Positions 12,443-23,526 of a DNA stretch of 64,000 bases are shown one piece after another. Within the stretch, counting starts at the first letter, position 1; each line of letters begins with the position of its first letter. Both the position numbers and the translations under genes were made by a program. The notes below the pieces were generated by a model. It was not told the origin of the DNA, made no database searches, and saw only the letters and a program-made list of their open reading frames with translations. This DNA comes from Prochlorococcus sp. AG-418-D13 (GTDB lineage Bacteria > Cyanobacteriota > Cyanobacteriia > PCC-6307 > Cyanobiaceae): contig QCLU01000008.1 in assembly GCA_003214315.1 (NCBI GenBank), positions 23,547 through 87,546 of the forward strand, written 5' to 3'.

Positions 12443-13680
12443 AACAATTGAAACTTAATAAATATTATTTACTTTTGAAAAATTGGTGGGAGACTATTGA
12501 TCTTACCAACTATGAAAAAAGTTTTTTTAATAGAGAAATAATTTCTTTTAATCAACAACTTTTTAGGCTTAAAGAAAAAAAAATAAGAATTGGAGCATAT
12601 GGTAAATCGGGCGTAGGGAAATCCTCTGTTTTAAATTCTTTATTAAAAAAAGAAATATTCAAAACGGATGTTATCAATGGAACCACAAGAGAAATACAAG
12701 CTGAAGAATGGAATATTAAAGATCAAATACTCAACAGTGTAGAGTTGCTAGATTCTCCAGGGTTTGATTTCTGCGGTACTAAGTGCCCAGATAAAGTTTA
12801 CTCCTGTATAAAACACTCAGATATTATTTTATTTATAGTCTCAGGAGATTTAAATAGAAATGAATTAAGCGAAATCAGCTCCTTTATTAAAGATGGGAAA
12901 AAAATTATTGTAACTTTAAATAAAATCGATCTTTTTAATAAAACTGAATTAAAAGAAATAATAGAAAGTATAAAGTTTAAGCTTCCAAAAGATTTAAATA
13001 TTCCCATAATTATTAATCATGAAAACAATCTAAAAAATTACATGTCAAAAATAATAAATCAACATGGTGAGATATTTTTAACACTAAATTCTCTTCAATC
13101 AGCTGACACATTGTTTATGCAGATAAAAGAGCAAAGATTGAAAAGAAGGCAGAAATTAGCGCAGTCAACTATTGGTAAATTTTCGACCATAAAGGCATCA
13201 ACGGTAGCTCTTAATCCTTTTATTTTGTTCGATATTGCTGGTAGTTTTGCACTAGATACTGCATTGATAAGCGAATTAAGTAAGATTTATGGCTTAAATT
13301 TAAAGGGTGAATCTACCAGAAAAATATTCAAAAATATATCAATTAATAATTTATTTTTGGGCGTCACTCAAGTCGGAGTCAATACATCTTTCAACCTTGT
13401 GAGGAAATTAATTTTATTAACAGCACCTTTCACTAACGGGCTATCATTATTACCCTATGGACCTATAGCAATTATTCAAGCAGCAATAGCAATTCATTCT
13501 ACAAAAATCCTTGGTAAATTAGCAGCCAAAGAGATATTTAAAAGAAGCAAAGCTTCTTTTATAGAACCATATATAATGATGCAAAATATTAATTTTAATG
13601 AACCAGAGATTTTTAAACACATAAAAATCTATTTAAGAAAAAGAAATTTAAATAATAATTTTGTTAGTTTTCTACCTTAA
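12439..13680 (+). CDS. GTP-binding protein with C-terminal membrane-associated (DUF697-like) region
   Basis: G1 GKSGVGKSS, G3 DSPG and G4 NKID motifs. The ATG at 12439 overlaps the upstream stop as ATGA. The track's alternative GTG start is at 12424. Confidence 0.75.
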   Translation: MKQLKLNKYYLLLKNWWETIDLTNYEKSFFNREIISFNQQLFRLKEKKIRIGAYGKSGVGKSSVLNSLLKKEIFKTDVINGTTREIQAEEWNIKDQILNSVELLDSPGFDFCGTKCPDKVYSCIKHSDIILFIVSGDLNRNELSEISSFIKDGKKIIVTLNKIDLFNKTELKEIIESIKFKLPKDLNIPIIINHENNLKNYMSKIINQHGEIFLTLNSLQSADTLFMQIKEQRLKRRQKLAQSTIGKFSTIKASTVALNPFILFDIAGSFALDTALISELSKIYGLNLKGESTRKIFKNISINNLFLGVTQVGVNTSFNLVRKLILLTAPFTNGLSLLPYGPIAIIQAAIAIHSTKILGKLAAKEIFKRSKASFIEPYIMMQNINFNEPEIFKHIKIYLRKRNLNNNFVSFLP

Positions 13681-13688
13681 AACTTAAA

Positions 13689-14267
13689 ATGGGAAACCGC
13701 ATTGCATTATTTGGTACTAGTGCAGATCCACCTACCATTGGACATAAGAAAATACTTGAAGAATTATCAAAAATTTATGCTTTTACCATAGGCTATGTAA
13801 GCAATAACCCCAAAAAAAAGCACGTAGAGGATATATCAATTCGTAGCCATTTATTAAAAACACTTATTGAAGATTTAGATAATCCTAAAATTTTATTTAA
13901 TCAAAGTGTTAGTAGCCAATGGGCAGTACAGTCAATCAAAAAATGTAAAGAAATTTATGAATTTAATAATTTAGATTTTGTTATTGGGAGTGATTTAATT
14001 AAAGATATTTTCTACTGGAAAAATTTTGACAAAATTATTTTGGAGGTAAGTTTTTTTATAATTTTAAGAGAAGGATATCCTGTTGAATCAAATACTCTTA
14101 AAATGTTAGAAACTTATAAAGTGAAATTTAAGATTTCAAAAATCAAAATCCCTGACACTTCAAGTTCTAATTTTAGGTTAAATTTTAATTGTTCTAATTT
14201 ACCAACTTCATTAATAGATATAGTTAAGAAGAATAATTTATATGAATCCACTAAAATAGTTGAATGA
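13689..14267 (+). CDS. nadD: Nicotinate-nucleotide adenylyltransferase
   Basis: 192 aa. Nucleotidyltransferase motif GTSADPPTIGH. Overlaps nadE by ATGA. Confidence 0.85.
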   Translation: MGNRIALFGTSADPPTIGHKKILEELSKIYAFTIGYVSNNPKKKHVEDISIRSHLLKTLIEDLDNPKILFNQSVSSQWAVQSIKKCKEIYEFNNLDFVIGSDLIKDIFYWKNFDKIILEVSFFIILREGYPVESNTLKMLETYKVKFKISKIKIPDTSSSNFRLNFNCSNLPTSLIDIVKKNNLYESTKIVE

Positions 14268-15961
14268 AGTTTTTACTTGCTCAAATAAATCCAGTTGTTG
14301 GTGATTTAGAGGGCAATGCAAAAAAAATACTTTATATTGCCTCGAAAGCTAGCTCAATTTCTGCTGATTTTGTTCTTACTCCAGAATTGTCATTATGGGG
14401 ATATCCCTCAAATGACTTACTTTTAAAAAAAAATTTAATTAAAAATCAATATCAAATTCTTGATCAATTAGCCTTAGATATAAATAAAAAATATGGAAAC
14501 TTAAGTATCGCAGTAGGGATGGCTGAGACAATAAATGATTCTTTTTTTCCAAACCTCTATAATTCAACTGCGTTGCTTGAGGGCGGCGAATGGAAAATAA
14601 TTGCTCGTAAAATTATTCTTCCCACTTATGAAGTATTTGATGAGAAAAGATACTTTAGATCAGAAGAAAAAGTTTCCGTATTGGTAAAAAAAAGTAAAAA
14701 TAAAACTTGGCGACTTGGCTTTACTATATGTGAGGATTTATGGGTCAACAAAGATATAGAAGGTAGAGGAATTCATAAAAAAAATCCTATTATTGATTTA
14801 AAGAAAAAAAAAGTTGATATTTTAGTAAATTTATCAGCCTCCCCATATACTTTCAAAAAGTTAGAGCTAAGATCCAAAGTTTCAAGTTTTGCTGCTCAAT
14901 ATCTTCGAGTACCTCTGATTTATGTAAACCAGATTGGAGCAAATGATAATTTAATTTTTGATGGAAATAGTTTTATTCTTGATAAGAATGGATCTAAAAT
15001 TAAGCAATTAAAATCTTTTTCAGAAGAGCTCTCCAGTTGGGAAATTGATCAAACAAAACCTGAAAAAAATAAATTTGAAAATTCTGAGATTTCATCAATT
15101 TTTGATGCATTAGTCCTTGGTGTTAAAGATTATGCAAAAAAATGTGGATTTAAAACAGCTTTAATTGGATTAAGCGGTGGTATTGATTCAGCACTTGTTT
15201 CGGTAATTGCGACAGCTGCTCTTGGAAGTGATAATATTTATTGCGTCTCAATGCCGTCTAAATGGAGCTCATCTCATTCAAAGAGTGATGCCAAAGATTT
15301 AGCTAGAAGGTTAAATATAAATTTCAAGAGCATCCCAATTGGGAACTTGATGACCTCTTTTGAAGAATCTTTTATAAAAACCATAGATTTCGAAATGGCT
15401 GAGATAACAAATCAAAATATTCAGTCAAGGATAAGAGGAACGCTTCTGATGGCTTTAGCAAATCAAGAAAAACATTTATTACTTTCAACAGGTAATAAAT
15501 CGGAACTAGCCGTAGGATATTGCACACTTTATGGTGATATGAATGGAGGATTATCTGTAATAGGGGATTTATATAAGAGTAATGTTTTTAAATTATGCAA
15601 TTGGCTTGATAGTAAAGATTCAATAAATCATAGAAAATTATATAAGTTAGATATGAATGTAGATATAATTGGAGAAAATATACGTAAAAAAGCTCCAAGT
15701 GCCGAATTGGGTCCTAATCAATTAGATACTGATTCTCTCCCACCTTATTCCATTTTAGATAATATTCTGAAAGGAATTATTGAAGATAAAAAAGATTTAA
15801 AACAACTTGAAGAAGATGGTTATAAAAAAGAATTAATTTTAAAAATAATTTCACTCATAAAAAAAGCGGAATTTAAAAGGAAACAGGCTCCTCCAATTCT
15901 AAAATTAAGCAGTCAATCATTGGGAAGTGACTGGAGAGTTCCCATAGCAATATCTTGTTAA
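14264..15961 (+). CDS. nadE: Glutamine-dependent NAD+ synthetase
   Basis: 565 aa. N-terminal CN-hydrolase domain plus a C-terminal PP-loop (LSGGIDSA). Confidence 0.93.
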   Translation: MKFLLAQINPVVGDLEGNAKKILYIASKASSISADFVLTPELSLWGYPSNDLLLKKNLIKNQYQILDQLALDINKKYGNLSIAVGMAETINDSFFPNLYNSTALLEGGEWKIIARKIILPTYEVFDEKRYFRSEEKVSVLVKKSKNKTWRLGFTICEDLWVNKDIEGRGIHKKNPIIDLKKKKVDILVNLSASPYTFKKLELRSKVSSFAAQYLRVPLIYVNQIGANDNLIFDGNSFILDKNGSKIKQLKSFSEELSSWEIDQTKPEKNKFENSEISSIFDALVLGVKDYAKKCGFKTALIGLSGGIDSALVSVIATAALGSDNIYCVSMPSKWSSSHSKSDAKDLARRLNINFKSIPIGNLMTSFEESFIKTIDFEMAEITNQNIQSRIRGTLLMALANQEKHLLLSTGNKSELAVGYCTLYGDMNGGLSVIGDLYKSNVFKLCNWLDSKDSINHRKLYKLDMNVDIIGENIRKKAPSAELGPNQLDTDSLPPYSILDNILKGIIEDKKDLKQLEEDGYKKELILKIISLIKKAEFKRKQAPPILKLSSQSLGSDWRVPIAISC

Positions 15962-17016
15962 TCATTATTAGAAATTTTTTGAATTTTTTTCAAAGGGCGT
16001 TTAATTGACTTAAGGTTGATACCTTTTTTGATAGCAAGAATTATTCCTGCAGCTTCTAAATAATTATTTACTTCAAAAAGATTAGGATAATCATAAAACT
16101 CATTAGTAACTTTTAATGTATTTTGATTTTTTACAGAGATAATATTCAAACCTTTATCAATACCTGCTAGTACAGCTTCTCCACCTAGTGCCCCATTAGG
16201 AACAACAATAGATTCAATCTCATCAGGGTGTAGTGAGATTAATTCATGTTTAACAGGTAATTCAACAATATCAGGTGCATTGCTTAAACCAATAAGTACT
16301 GATGGTAAAAAGGTGTATCCTATTTCTTCTGCAGCTGCACGAGGATCTAAATTTTCATTCAACTCAATTGAATTCAAAGCTGGTGCGTGAGCACAGGGAA
16401 CTTTTAAGAATTTGCTTATTAAATGACTTATAACTGCTTCAACTCCAGAAATAGGATCAACCCCTTTTCCCTCTCGATAAATATTTGTTTCTGAAGAATC
16501 TGAATCATCTGGAAATTTTGCCACAATTGCTATTGCCGTAGCTCCTTTTTCTATTAAACATTTACCAGCATCAATTAGAGTAACAGGATTTTTAATTATG
16601 CCACCACTAATTTTTGACGAATCAGAATCAATAACTATGTCTAATGGCTTATTTGTAACCACATAAGAATGAACATTAATCCCTAAAGTAGAAACACATG
16701 CATCAGCAACTTGTAAATGTCTTACTAATATTCCACTTTCAATTGCTGAGTCAAAAATTATCCCAATTTTCTGTTGTTTTACCCTTTTTAAAGCGATTTC
16801 TCCTTTAGCAAGTCGGTCTAAACTATAACCCTCAACATAAAAAATATTTTTATCTTTTTCAGAAAGAGTGCCTCCATTCATAACATTTGGATGAGTAATT
16901 AAACATCCACTTGCCGATGCTAATAATTTAGCTGTAGGAAGTGCATCCCCAGCAAAACCTCCTACTTCACAACCAATACCAGTTGGAACAATGAATATTG
17001 TTGGTGAAATTTCCAT
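15958..17016 (-). CDS. Conserved cyanobacterial/plant-lineage protein of unknown function (DUF3326-like from memory)
   Basis: ATG at 17016 gives MEISPTIFIVPTGIGCEVGGFAGDA. The track extends to a TTG at 17022. Its stop overlaps the nadE stop as TTAA. Confidence 0.7.
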   Translation of the reverse strand: MEISPTIFIVPTGIGCEVGGFAGDALPTAKLLASASGCLITHPNVMNGGTLSEKDKNIFYVEGYSLDRLAKGEIALKRVKQQKIGIIFDSAIESGILVRHLQVADACVSTLGINVHSYVVTNKPLDIVIDSDSSKISGGIIKNPVTLIDAGKCLIEKGATAIAIVAKFPDDSDSSETNIYREGKGVDPISGVEAVISHLISKFLKVPCAHAPALNSIELNENLDPRAAAEEIGYTFLPSVLIGLSNAPDIVELPVKHELISLHPDEIESIVVPNGALGGEAVLAGIDKGLNIISVKNQNTLKVTNEFYDYPNLFEVNNYLEAAGIILAIKKGINLKSIKRPLKKIQKISNND

Positions 17017-17043
17017 TAACAAAAATATTTCAATTTATATTCC

Positions 17044-17235
17044 TTAATTAGCTAAGACAGCTTTAATTTTAAGTTTTTTTGTTCCAAAAGAATCAAGAGA
17101 ATTTTGAATATCAACAATTGACCATCGAATTACATCACCTTTTTTTTCTAAATTTGCAATGATAAATACCCTCAAATTTTTTAATTTTATTGAAACTGGC
17201 CAATCTAAATAAAAATCAACTGAACTTAATTTCAT
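17044..17235 (-). CDS. Hypothetical 63-aa protein
   Basis: ATG overlaps the ferredoxin stop as ATGA, indicating translational coupling. No domain recognised. Confidence 0.5.
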   Translation of the reverse strand: MKLSSVDFYLDWPVSIKLKNLRVFIIANLEKKGDVIRWSIVDIQNSLDSFGTKKLKIKAVLAN

Positions 17236-17558
17236 TTTTGATATTTACCAAATTGATCATTATATAAATCATCTTCGACTTCTTTACCAATAACAATATT
17301 CAAATCTGACTTGGGATATGCCACACACAAAAGTGCAAAGCCCTTTTCCCTCAAATCATCATTTAATCCCATAGCGTCCTCTTGATCTACAGATCCTTGC
17401 AAAATCATGGATGCACAATCTGTACAAACCCCTGAACAACAACTACTTGGTAAATCTATTCCATACATTTTTGCCGCTGAAATAATATCTTGATCTTCAG
17501 AACATAAAAAACTAAAAGTTTTTTGCTCAAAATGAACTTTTATATTGTATTCAGGCAT
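17232..17558 (-). CDS. Plant-type [2Fe-2S] ferredoxin
   Basis: 108 aa. Cys pattern C-x4-C-x2-C (CCSGVCTDC) plus LLCVAYP. Confidence 0.88.
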   Translation of the reverse strand: MPEYNIKVHFEQKTFSFLCSEDQDIISAAKMYGIDLPSSCCSGVCTDCASMILQGSVDQEDAMGLNDDLREKGFALLCVAYPKSDLNIVIGKEVEDDLYNDQFGKYQK

Positions 17559-17574
17559 ATCCTAAATCTTATTG

Positions 17575-18525
17575 CTAAACTGCTGAACCTCCTACAACTT
17601 CTAATATTTCTTGAGTAATAGCTGCTTGTCTGGCTTTGTTATATGTTAAATTCAAAGAACTTGCTAATTCTTTAGCATTATCACTCGCATTATTCATAGC
17701 AGTCATCCTGCAAGCAAGTTCTGAAGCTGCCGACTCTTGAAGAGCTCTTAATACTTGATTCTGTAAATACAATGGTAATAACGAATCTAGTAGTTGATCA
17801 GGACTTTGTTCAAAAACAATATCTGATGGTAACTTCTCTGAATCACTTTTTTCAATATTTGATTTTTCAACAAGTAACTTACTATCTTTAGTTGTTAACC
17901 TAAAAATTTCATCATTTTCATCTGCAATACCTTGAGGATCAAGAGGCAGTAGTGTTTGAACGACAGGGGCGCAGCTAACTAGAGTGATGAATTTCGTATA
18001 TATAATTTCTACCCTATCAGAATTTTCTGAAAGAAATTCAGCTAAGACTTCACTAGTTATCCCCTCAGAATCTGTTGCAGTTGGCACCTGTTCCAGCTCT
18101 TTAAATGTGCTTTTAATTGTGTATTTATCTTTCCTATTTTGGAAATAACCTATTGCCTTTTTACCAACTAAGATCAAATTTGGTTCATAACCTTGTTTAA
18201 TCAGCTCTGCATACCTGATTTCTACCATCTTGATTATGTTGGTATTGTATCCTCCACATAATCCTCTATCAGCAGTTATGCATACCAAAGAAATTCTTCT
18301 TACATCTCTTTTTGATAGAAGAGGAGAATCTACAGCTTCAAACTGAACTCTAGATTGAATATTTTCTAAAACCCGAGCAAGTTTATCTGCAAAAGGCCTA
18401 CTCTTAAGAACTTGATCTTGTGCCCTCCTAACTTTTGCAGCTGCAACTAATCTCATAGCTTCTGTTATTTTTCGTGTATTTTTAACAGAAACTATTCGAT
18501 CTCTAATTTCTTTAAGATTTGCCAT
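17575..18525 (-). CDS. atpG: F1 ATP synthase gamma subunit (atpC in cyanobacterial nomenclature)
   Basis: 316 aa. N-terminal MANLKEIRDRI..VKNT.KIT.AM and C-terminal ITQEILEVV motifs. Confidence 0.96.
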   Translation of the reverse strand: MANLKEIRDRIVSVKNTRKITEAMRLVAAAKVRRAQDQVLKSRPFADKLARVLENIQSRVQFEAVDSPLLSKRDVRRISLVCITADRGLCGGYNTNIIKMVEIRYAELIKQGYEPNLILVGKKAIGYFQNRKDKYTIKSTFKELEQVPTATDSEGITSEVLAEFLSENSDRVEIIYTKFITLVSCAPVVQTLLPLDPQGIADENDEIFRLTTKDSKLLVEKSNIEKSDSEKLPSDIVFEQSPDQLLDSLLPLYLQNQVLRALQESAASELACRMTAMNNASDNAKELASSLNLTYNKARQAAITQEILEVVGGSAV

Positions 18526-18544
18526 GATATTTTCTTAAGTAAAT

Positions 18545-20074
<1,530 letters not shown>

Positions 20075-20092
20075 TTAAGGTTGATTTAAAAG

Positions 20093-20635
20093 TTACTTGG
20101 AAAGTGACAAACCAAGTTTTCTAATTTGTGAAGCAAGGGAAGCATCAATTACTTTTGATCCTACACTGGCGACGAAACCACCAATAAGAGATGGGTCAAT
20201 TTTAGTTACAAGTTCTAATTTTTCAGTTCCTGCTATATTGATGATCTTTTGGGTAATTAAACCTTTCTGTTCATCAGTAAGCTCGACTGCTGAAGTAACA
20301 GTTGCCAAAGCAATATTACTATTTTCTCGATAAATCTCTAAAAACCTTTCAAGAATAGAAGTAAGAATTCCAATTCTTTGCCTATCGGCCAATAATTTTA
20401 AGAAATTCAGTAAAGAAGAATTTACCTTATTTGAAAAAATTTCAATAATGATTTTCTTCTTAGCATCTGTCTCTAAAACAGGAGAGGAAAGTGCCTTCTC
20501 CAATTCAGGGGAATCATTTAATAATTCTAAAAGTTGTTTAACCTCAGAAACAATCTCTTCAGTTTGCGAATTTTCATTCACAACTTGAAGTAATGCCTCT
20601 GCATATGGTGTAGTAACTGAATTTAAAAGTGGCAT
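20093..20635 (-). CDS. atpH: F1 ATP synthase delta subunit (atpD in cyanobacterial nomenclature)
   Basis: 180 aa. OSCP/delta family by position in the operon and sequence. Start overlaps the atpF stop by 1 nt. Confidence 0.9.
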   Translation of the reverse strand: MPLLNSVTTPYAEALLQVVNENSQTEEIVSEVKQLLELLNDSPELEKALSSPVLETDAKKKIIIEIFSNKVNSSLLNFLKLLADRQRIGILTSILERFLEIYRENSNIALATVTSAVELTDEQKGLITQKIINIAGTEKLELVTKIDPSLIGGFVASVGSKVIDASLASQIRKLGLSLSK

Positions 20636-21147
20636 TAGTTCACCTCAATATTGTTAATTGATTGAGTGACCAAATTTTCTTGTGTTGTTTTATCAAGTCT
20701 ATTTGGGAGAGAATCTAAAGCTTTCTTAATTGCTAATTCAACAGCTTCTTTTCGAAGTTGAGAAATTGCTCTGGATGCTTCAGAGCTCTCATCGGAAATT
20801 GCACTTTGTTTAATTCGTGCCATCTCTTCGATTGCTTTTTTCTCACTTTCCATTCTGATTGATTCAGATCTTTTGAGAGAATCAGCTTTTATTTGAGAAG
20901 CTTTTTCTTCTGCTAAAGATAAGTCTTTCTTTGCCTTCTCTAAAGCTTGAGTTGCATTAAGAAGTCGATCTTCAGCATCTTTTAATTCAAGAAGAATTCC
21001 TTCTCTTCTTTTTTGAAGCATTTTACCTAGAAAACCAGGCAAAAATTTATAAAGGCCAAAAACCACTACAGCCCAATTAAGGATATTAGTTTCGAATAAA
21101 TCGAAATTTAATCCAAAACCTTCTGTAGCTAAGAGAGTTAAATTCAT
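20635..21147 (-). CDS. atpF: F0 ATP synthase subunit b
   Basis: 170 aa. One N-terminal TM helix followed by a long charged coiled coil. ATGA overlap with the upstream b' gene. Confidence 0.9.
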   Translation of the reverse strand: MNLTLLATEGFGLNFDLFETNILNWAVVVFGLYKFLPGFLGKMLQKRREGILLELKDAEDRLLNATQALEKAKKDLSLAEEKASQIKADSLKRSESIRMESEKKAIEEMARIKQSAISDESSEASRAISQLRKEAVELAIKKALDSLPNRLDKTTQENLVTQSINNIEVN

Positions 21148-21605
21148 TTTTCTAGAATCAGTCTATTAACAATAAGTTCGCTTAAATCATCAGCCTGTTT
21201 AGAAAGTTGATCACGAGCAGCAGATGTCTGACTTTCAATTTCTAGTCTTGCTTTTTCTTTTGAAGCATTTGCTTCATTGTTAGCAAGCTCTAGTGCTTCT
21301 TTATAAAGCTTATCAGACTCATTCTCAGCTTCGCCCACAATTCTTTGAGCTTCTGAACGAGCACTTTGAAGCTGAGTCATTAAATCAGCTTCTAATTTTT
21401 TAACCTCTGAAAGCTTATTTTTGGCCTCAATAATGTTATTACTTACAAACTTTTCTCTTTTTTCAACAACATTGCCAACAGGCTTAAAAAAGAGAGAATT
21501 TAATATGTAAGTGAGAGCAACTACTTGTATCGCCATTAGTGGCAATGTGGCATTTATATCAAATAATCCACCTTCTGTAGCACCAAAAAAATTAAAGGCC
21601 AACAT
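21144..21605 (-). CDS. atpF2: F0 ATP synthase subunit b' (atpG in cyanobacterial nomenclature)
   Basis: 153 aa. Same architecture as subunit b, in the position typical of cyanobacterial atp operons. Confidence 0.9.
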   Translation of the reverse strand: MLAFNFFGATEGGLFDINATLPLMAIQVVALTYILNSLFFKPVGNVVEKREKFVSNNIIEAKNKLSEVKKLEADLMTQLQSARSEAQRIVGEAENESDKLYKEALELANNEANASKEKARLEIESQTSAARDQLSKQADDLSELIVNRLILEK

Positions 21606-21673
21606 ATGATTCAGTTGAAGTTAAAAAATTAAATTTAAATATTGCTAATAAGGAGTAGAAGCAATATTAACTT

Positions 21674-21937
<264 letters not shown>

Positions 21938-22084
21938 TTAATACTTGTGATAAATCTTTTTTGTCATACACGCTTGGACATCCTTTCATTTAAGAATGGG
22001 TCTGATATTTTCAGACCTACGCGATTAGCTATTTTGCCAGATTACAGACCCTTTGTAAAAGCGTCTGAATGTATTGGAGGACAG

Positions 22085-22810
22085 CTAATGATGTTCTTCA
22101 ACAGCTTCTCCAATGTAGTAGGCCGCTAAAGTTGCGAAAATCAATGCCTGAATTGCACTAGTAAATAATCCTAGGAACATAACAGGTATTGGTAGAATTA
22201 GTGGAACTAAGAAGACTAGAACACCAACAACAAGTTCATCAGCTAAAATATTTCCAAATAGCCTGAAAGAGAGTGATAAAGGTTTAGTAAAGTCCTCTAG
22301 GATTTTAAAAGGAAGCATAATAGGAGTTGGGTGAACATAGTATTCGAAGTATCTCCAACCTTTATTGCTTAAACCAGCATAGAAATAAGAAAGTGAAACC
22401 AATAAAGCCAAGGCTATTGTTGTATTTATATCTGCAGTAGGTGCACCCAACTCACCACTTGGTAACTTAATCAATCTCCAAGGAATTAAAGCTCCTCCCC
22501 AATTACTAACAAAAACGAATAAAAATAAAGTACCTATAAATGGCATCCAATCTCTATAAACTTTTTCACCTATTTGAGTCCTAGCTAAATCTCTTATGTA
22601 ATCCCAGAGAAACTCAAGCAAGTTTTGAAGGCCTTTAGGATCATTTTCCATTTTTTTAGTTCCTAAAGAAATAAAAACTAATAACGCTCCTAATAAAATC
22701 CAAGATGTCAAAAATACCTGGCCGTGCAGTCTAATATTTCCAATTTGCCAATAAAGATGTTGACCAACTTCTAATGCTGCAAAATTTGTTAGCAAGGAAT
22801 TAAAGAACAT
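22085..22810 (-). CDS. atpB: F0 ATP synthase subunit a (atpI in cyanobacterial nomenclature)
   Basis: 241 aa. Conserved Arg in [13 protein letters not shown]. Confidence 0.96.
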   Translation of the reverse strand: MFFNSLLTNFAALEVGQHLYWQIGNIRLHGQVFLTSWILLGALLVFISLGTKKMENDPKGLQNLLEFLWDYIRDLARTQIGEKVYRDWMPFIGTLFLFVFVSNWGGALIPWRLIKLPSGELGAPTADINTTIALALLVSLSYFYAGLSNKGWRYFEYYVHPTPIMLPFKILEDFTKPLSLSFRLFGNILADELVVGVLVFLVPLILPIPVMFLGLFTSAIQALIFATLAAYYIGEAVEEHH

Positions 22811-22832
22811 TTGATTTGAATAAAAAATTTAC

Positions 22833-23309
22833 TTAAGAACGTGAAAAATAAAAAATGAGTGAAGGTTTATAAATGAAAAACCCTATCATTGCAGGAAAAA
22901 TATCCAAAGATCCTAGCTTGCTTGCAAAAATAAAGAGGCAAACTGGAACTAATAGTTGCAATTTTGATACACCTGATGATTCTTTACCAATTTTCCCTAC
23001 ACTTTTAGCAAGCAAACGTAGGTAAAAAATACCAGCAATTGCACCTATAAAAATACTAAAACCAAAAGTAAATCCAAGATAAATTCCAGTTATTGATGCT
23101 AATAAAATAGAAACAATAAAAGTAATCCCAAAAATTGTTAATTGCAATTTTGTGTATTCATCAATTTGAGAAAGCAAATTATCTATTTGAATGGCAATAG
23201 CAGATTTACTTTCTTTGATGACCGAATTATCCAGGGATTGAGGAAATTGAACATTCTCATTAGAAGGATGCTCAAGTTTTTTTCTATTTGAGTCCACTGA
23301 TGTGAACAT
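22833..23309 (-). CDS. atp1: ATP synthase protein I-like membrane protein (atp1), first gene of the operon
   Basis: 158 aa with multiple TM helices. It sits immediately upstream of the subunit a gene, as in cyanobacterial atp1 operons. Confidence 0.7.
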   Translation of the reverse strand: MFTSVDSNRKKLEHPSNENVQFPQSLDNSVIKESKSAIAIQIDNLLSQIDEYTKLQLTIFGITFIVSILLASITGIYLGFTFGFSIFIGAIAGIFYLRLLAKSVGKIGKESSGVSKLQLLVPVCLFIFASKLGSLDIFPAMIGFFIYKPSLIFYFSRS

Positions 23310-23526
23310 AGTTTAGAAACCCTCTCTGAATGGTTTGAAGTAAGTATATAAACTCACGGAATCTATCACGGAGAGGTGCCTTTTAGCTAGTTTTTTTCTA
23401 TAAAAAATTAATTCTTAAGATTTATAATGAATCTAAAGACCATTTTTTACTTTATTCTTCAAAAATAAAATTTATGATAAGTTATTTTTTTAATTGCTTT
23501 AACACTTTAAAACGTTAATAAAAGAC

